64,000 bases of DNA from an uncultured bacterium (GTDB taxonomy: Bacteria > Verrucomicrobiota > Kiritimatiellia > RFP12 > UBA1067): NCBI GenBank assembly GCA_902799955.1, contig CADCCQ010000002.1:4017-68016 (forward strand), given 5' to 3'. How positions within the stretch are numbered: position 1 is the stretch's first letter; every line of letters starts with the position of its first letter. The notes beneath the pieces are model-generated. The model was not told the origin of the DNA, searched no databases, and saw nothing but the letters and a program-made list of their open reading frames with translations. This document shows, piece by piece, positions 60,057 through 64,000 of this stretch. The position numbers and the translations under genes are program-made.

Positions 60057-61603
60057 CGCCTGTTGGTCCTGGCATCCGCCAAGGTCAGGCCTACACGCTT
60101 CATCCGGTAGTTCATCATCCTAGGCGAGACGCCGAGTTCGCGTCCGGCGGAGGAGATGTTCCCGCCGTGCCTGGCCAGGGCCGCCTCAAGCACCCTTCTC
60201 TCAAACGCGAGTATCTGCTCGTCGAGCGGACGGCTGGCGTCCTCAGGGTGGAACGGATCCTCCTCCAGTCCCTCCTTCTGGATGACGGGCGGGAGGTTGT
60301 ACGTGCGTATCGTGCCGTCCCTCGCGGTCAGCACCGCCCTCTCGATGCAGTTCTCCAGCTCCCGGACGTTCCCCGGCCACGAATACGCCTCGAGCATGCT
60401 CATCGCCGGCGCGGATATGCGGCTTATCGACTTCTTGTACTTGGCGTTCATCTTGTCGAGGAAGCGCTCGGCGAGGAGCGCGACGTCGCCCGCGCGCCTG
60501 GACAGCGGCGGCATCGCTATCGGAAACACCGAAAGCCTGTAGTAGAGGTCCTCGCGGAAGAGCTTGCGCTCCATCAGCTCCTCGAGGTTGCGGCTCGTCG
60601 CGGCGATGAACCTGACGTCGCTGCGCAGCACCTCGTTGGAGCCCACGCGCGAGAAGGTGCGCTCCTGCAGGAACCTGAGGAGCTTGACCTGGACGGGTAT
60701 GGAAAGGTCGCCCACCTCGTCGAGGAAGAGCGTGCCGCCGTTGGCGGACTCCGCGCGCCCGATGCGCCGCTCGCGCGCGTCGGTGAACGCGCCCTTCTCG
60801 TGTCCGAAGAGCTCCGACTCGACGAGCGCCTCAGGAAGCGCGGCGCAGTTCAGCACGACGAACGGCTTGTCCCTGCGCGGTGAGAGGGACTGTATGGCGC
60901 GCGCCACGAGCTCCTTGCCCGTGCCGCTCTCGCCGCGTATGAGCACCGTAGCGTCGCTTGGCGCGACCTGGCGTATAAGCTCGTAGACCGTGCGCATCTC
61001 GCGGCAGTCGCCGACGAGCTCGCCCGGCCAGGTGGTCAGCATGTCGCGAAGCCGCCTGTTCTCCTCGACGAGGGCGTCGCGTTCGGCGCGCTCCTCGCGG
61101 TACACAGCCGCCGCGTCGGCCGTCATCTCGGCTATGATGCAGAGAAGCGCGACGTCGCGCCCGAGGGACGTCGTGTCGCCGCGCATCTCGCGGTCCGCCG
61201 AGAGCGTGCCGATCACCTGCCCGTGCTGGATGAGCGGGACGCAGACGAACGACAGCGCCTTCGCGGCGTCGCGCGCGCCGGTCCTGTTCAGGAACCGCCT
61301 GTCGGCGCGGATGTCGGGGACGACCTCCGGGCGGCCGGTCTTCGCGACAATCCCCGTGACGCCCTCTCCGATGCGGTACCGCCCGAGGGCCCGCTCCTCG
61401 GCGTTCAGCGAGGAAGTCGCCTCAATCCTCAGCTCGTCGCCCTCGAGCAGGCAGAAAGTCCCGCGCAGCATCCCCATGCTGCGCTCGAGTATCTTGAGCA
61501 CATGGTCGAGGAGGCGCTTGACGTTCCTCTCGCGGACGATGGCGGAGGCGATCTCCTGGAGAACCTCCACCTCGTGCGGCACCGCCGGCGTTGAACCTTT
61601 CAT
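60053..61603 (-). CDS. sigma-54-dependent transcriptional activator (GAF - AAA+ - Fis-type HTH), 516 aa
   Basis: GESGTGKELVARAIQ, ESELFGHEKGAFTDA, C-terminal GGNISSAGRELGVSPRMMNYRMKR. ATG at 61603 overlaps the rsfS stop. Confidence 0.85.
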   Translation of the reverse strand: MKGSTPAVPHEVEVLQEIASAIVRERNVKRLLDHVLKILERSMGMLRGTFCLLEGDELRIEATSSLNAEERALGRYRIGEGVTGIVAKTGRPEVVPDIRADRRFLNRTGARDAAKALSFVCVPLIQHGQVIGTLSADREMRGDTTSLGRDVALLCIIAEMTADAAAVYREERAERDALVEENRRLRDMLTTWPGELVGDCREMRTVYELIRQVAPSDATVLIRGESGTGKELVARAIQSLSPRRDKPFVVLNCAALPEALVESELFGHEKGAFTDARERRIGRAESANGGTLFLDEVGDLSIPVQVKLLRFLQERTFSRVGSNEVLRSDVRFIAATSRNLEELMERKLFREDLYYRLSVFPIAMPPLSRRAGDVALLAERFLDKMNAKYKKSISRISAPAMSMLEAYSWPGNVRELENCIERAVLTARDGTIRTYNLPPVIQKEGLEEDPFHPEDASRPLDEQILAFERRVLEAALARHGGNISSAGRELGVSPRMMNYRMKRVGLTLADARTNRR

Positions 61604-61917
61604 GCCCAGAGCTTCTCGAGGGCGTAGTACGCCCTGGCCTCGGGAGAGAACACGTGGACCACGATGTCGATGTAGTCCACGACTATCCATCCGGACTCCG
61701 GGTCGCCCGACGTGCGGTAGCTCGCGACGCCCAGCGCCTTCATGGCGGCCTGCGTCTCCGCAATCAGCGCCTTGAGATGCGGCGCGGCGGCGCCCGTCGC
61801 GACGATAAAGCAGTCCGCCAGCTGGCTCTTGCCCCTGACGTCGTACACCTTTATGTCCGTGCCCTTGCGCTCCTCGAGCGCCTTCACGATTGCCTGTGTC
61901 TGTTCTTCTATTGTCAT
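61600..61917 (-). CDS. rsfS: ribosome silencing factor RsfS (105 aa)
   Basis: GTDIKVYDVRGKSQLADCFIVATG...WIVVDYIDIVVHVFSPEARAYYALEKLW. Confidence 0.85.
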   Translation of the reverse strand: MTIEEQTQAIVKALEERKGTDIKVYDVRGKSQLADCFIVATGAAAPHLKALIAETQAAMKALGVASYRTSGDPESGWIVVDYIDIVVHVFSPEARAYYALEKLWA

Positions 61918-62038
61918 ATTGCGGACATTATACCACAACAAAGCCTTGTTGTCACAACTTCCGTGCATCATTCCTCTTCGTCGGAATTCGCACATACGAG
62001 CATTGCACCGCAAATTTCCCCGTGGCGTTATGGGGTTG

Positions 62039-63028
62039 TCAGCTTTTGACGAAGGCCCGGAAGTAGTCGATCGTCTTGGCGAGGCCCTCGGAGAGCGGCA
62101 CCTTCGGCTCCCAGCCGAGCAGCTCCTTCGCGAGCGTGATGTCGGGCTTGCGGCGCTTCGGGTCGTCGGCCGGGAGCGGGCGGAACACCAGCTTCGACTT
62201 CGACTCCGGAAGGAGCCTCAGCGTCTCCTCGGCGAGCTGCTTGATCGTGTACTCGCCAGGGTTGCCGGTGTTGACGACGGGCGCGCCGAGGCCGTGCCGC
62301 TCGCAGAAGGCGTCGACCTCCTCGCGGGGCAGCGACATGTAGCGGCGGATCGCCTCGATCAGGTCGTCGCAGTACTGGAAGCTGCGCGTCTGGAGACCGT
62401 CGCCGAAGAGCGTGATGTCCTCGTTCTGCAGCGCCTGCATTATAAAGTTGGAGATGACGCGTCCGTCCTTCGGATGCATGTTCGGCCCGTAGGTGTTGAA
62501 GATGCGGACCATGCGGGCGTCGACGTTGTACTCGCGCCTGTAGTCGGCGACGAGCGTCTCCGCGCAGCGCTTGCCCTCGTCGTAGCAGCTCCTCACGCCG
62601 ATCGTGTTCACGTTGCCCCAGTAGCTCTCGACCTGCGGATGGACGAGCGGGTCGCCGTACACCTCGCTCGTGGAGGTGTGTATGAGGCGCGCCTTCGTCT
62701 TGAGCGCGAGGTCAAGCATGTTCATTATGCCGAGGACGCTTGACTTGATCGTCTCGACGGGGTTGTGCTGGTAGTGGATGGGGCTCGCCGGGCACGCGAG
62801 GTTGTATATCTCGTCGAACTGCCCCCAGTACGGCTGCGTGACGTCGTGGAGGACGAACGAGAAGCGCCTGTTGCCAAGGAGGTCCTCGATGTTCCTCTTC
62901 GTGCCGGTGAACAGGTTGTCCAGCGCCGTCACTTCGTATCCGTCGTCAAGGAGCCTCCTGCACAGGTGGCTCCCCAGGAATCCCGCCGCGCCCGTGACGA
63001 GCGCCTTCTTTGGTAGTTCTAGTCTCAT
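62039..63028 (-). CDS. UDP-glucuronate decarboxylase (UDP-xylose synthase, SDR family), 329 aa
   Basis: [39 protein letters not shown]. Confidence 0.85.
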   Translation of the reverse strand: MRLELPKKALVTGAAGFLGSHLCRRLLDDGYEVTALDNLFTGTKRNIEDLLGNRRFSFVLHDVTQPYWGQFDEIYNLACPASPIHYQHNPVETIKSSVLGIMNMLDLALKTKARLIHTSTSEVYGDPLVHPQVESYWGNVNTIGVRSCYDEGKRCAETLVADYRREYNVDARMVRIFNTYGPNMHPKDGRVISNFIMQALQNEDITLFGDGLQTRSFQYCDDLIEAIRRYMSLPREEVDAFCERHGLGAPVVNTGNPGEYTIKQLAEETLRLLPESKSKLVFRPLPADDPKRRKPDITLAKELLGWEPKVPLSEGLAKTIDYFRAFVKS

Positions 63029-63031
63029 GGT

Positions 63032-63151
63032 TGGTCGTTAGTGGGTAGTCGTTTAGTGGGTAGTAGTTAGTGGGTAGTCGTTAGTGGGTAGTCGTTAGTC
63101 ATTAGTGGATAGTGGTTAGTGGGTAGTGGATAGTGGCTAGTGGGTAGTCGT
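63032..63151. repeat. 17 tandem heptamers (TAGTGGG / TAGTCGT variants) filling the whole intergenic spacer
   Basis: Units read off directly: tggtcgt tagtggg tagtcgt (+t) tagtggg tagtagt tagtggg tagtcgt tagtggg tagtcgt tagtcat tagtgga tagtggt tagtggg tagtgga tagtggc tagtggg tagtcgt. Confidence 0.9.
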
Positions 63152-63699
63152 CAGGAGGCGGGGACGAGCGACGCCTCCTGCGACGCGAGGAACTCGCGGG
63201 CGAGGGATAACCCGTCGACGGACTCCAGGCCGCCGACGGCGTCGGCGAGTTCCGAGCGCGAGATGGTGTACTCCTCCGCGCCTTTTTTGTGGGTGAAGGT
63301 CAAGTCGAAGTCCCCGGGGTAGTTGAAGAGCATCAGCACGGCCTCGACGAGGTCGCCCATCGGCGGGAGGTCTATGTGCCTCGCCGAGAACGAATACGAA
63401 AGCTCGGTGCCGACGCCCTTCTCGGACTTGAGCGACACGGCGCCGTCGGTCGACTCGCATATCTGCTTCAGGATCGGGAGCCCCAGCCCGACCTTGCGCT
63501 TGTCGTGCTTGCCGGGCTCGGTGTAGAACGGATTGAACGCGCGCGCCTGGGTCGCCTCGTCCATCCCCTTCCCGTCGTCCTTGATCCTGACGGCGATCGT
63601 CGCGCCGTCCTCGACGATCTCCAGCGAGACGTTCCTGGCGCCGGCCTCTATCGAGTTCTGCGCGGTGTCCGCTATCACGTCCGCAAGTGTTGCATGCAT
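63151..63699 (-). CDS. stand-alone GHKL/HATPase_c ATP-binding protein (182 aa)
   Basis: N box ADTAQNSIEAGA, G1 IKDDGKGMD, G2 KVGLGLPILK. Confidence 0.7.
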   Translation of the reverse strand: MHATLADVIADTAQNSIEAGARNVSLEIVEDGATIAVRIKDDGKGMDEATQARAFNPFYTEPGKHDKRKVGLGLPILKQICESTDGAVSLKSEKGVGTELSYSFSARHIDLPPMGDLVEAVLMLFNYPGDFDLTFTHKKGAEEYTISRSELADAVGGLESVDGLSLAREFLASQEASLVPAS

Positions 63700-63714
63700 C
63701 CCCCCACCGCCTTT

Positions 63715-64000
63715 CTAGAACGAGACAAGCCGCGGCGAGATCGTCGTCGCGCGTGACGCGAACGCCGCCTTCAGCGAGGCAACGGAGAATTCCGCGAGGT
63801 CCGCCTCGGTCCAGACCCTCGCGACGTCGTCAAGGTTGTGCGCGTCGGAGCTCCGCGTGACGGCGTAGCCGTCGGCCTTCGCCATCCAGGCCGACTCGTC
63901 GGCGGTGCGCGAGAGCTCCACGGCGTCGAACGCGCCGTCCTCCGGGATGCCGCCGAGCTGGGAGTAGACGGAGAACGCGGAGCGGTCGATGTGCGCGGCG
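63715..64000 (-). CDS. PHP-like phosphoesterase, C-terminal fragment (continues past window end)
   Basis: The frame is open from 63999 to the stop at 63715. ...AAHIDRSAF...TRSSDAHNLDDV are His/Asp motifs typical of PHP domains. Confidence 0.45.
   Translation of the reverse strand, partial: AAHIDRSAFSVYSQLGGIPEDGAFDAVELSRTADESAWMAKADGYAVTRSSDAHNLDDVARVWTEADLAEFSVASLKAAFASRATTISPRLVSF

Overview
High-GC window (about 65% in lines I hand-counted). Positions 1 to about 58.5 kb are most of an integrated tailed phage, and the last 5 kb are host chromosome. All family names come from motifs I read by eye in the supplied translations; I ran no database search.

Phage genes, all on the minus strand:
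- 1-10.1 kb: about 20 small accessory genes in at least 9 near-identical promoter-leader cassettes. They include an amidoligase with two gamma-glutamylcyclotransferase-like genes, DUF3846, a histone-H1-like protein and acidic proteins.
- 10.2-23.4 kb: lipoproteins and a long tail-fibre and host-recognition cluster.
- 23.4-37.1 kb: tape measure, tail tube, a fused protease-capsid gene, lambda-type portal, gpW and large terminase.
- 33.4-43.1 kb: a DNA-modification arsenal of three C5 methylases, a ParB-fused N6/N4 methylase, a MetK-like SAM synthetase and a HARE-HTH protein.
- 43.6-50.1 kb: replication and recombination genes (primase-polymerase/helicase, SF2 helicase, RusA, DUF669, Sak4-like ATPase, PD-(D/E)XK nuclease).

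Plus-strand arm, 50.4-58.5 kb:
- 50.4-54.8 kb: a low-GC (about 45%) five-gene operon. It encodes a RelB/DinJ-like RHH protein, a 258-aa protein, a 170-aa protein, a DUF3732-type coiled-coil ABC ATPase and a 225-aa orphan.
- I read this operon as an extended ABC-three-component-type conflict system and consider it the best candidate for an undescribed system.
- It is followed by two small ORFs, an ECF-like sigma factor, DUF2924, a large serine recombinase and a small HTH protein.

Host DNA from 58.8 kb: tRNA-Gly/Lys/Phe, a DMT transporter, a sigma-54 activator, rsfS, UDP-glucuronate decarboxylase, an unusual 17-unit heptamer array, a HATPase protein and a partial PHP-like gene.

I could not recognise an endolysin, a holin or a CI-like repressor.
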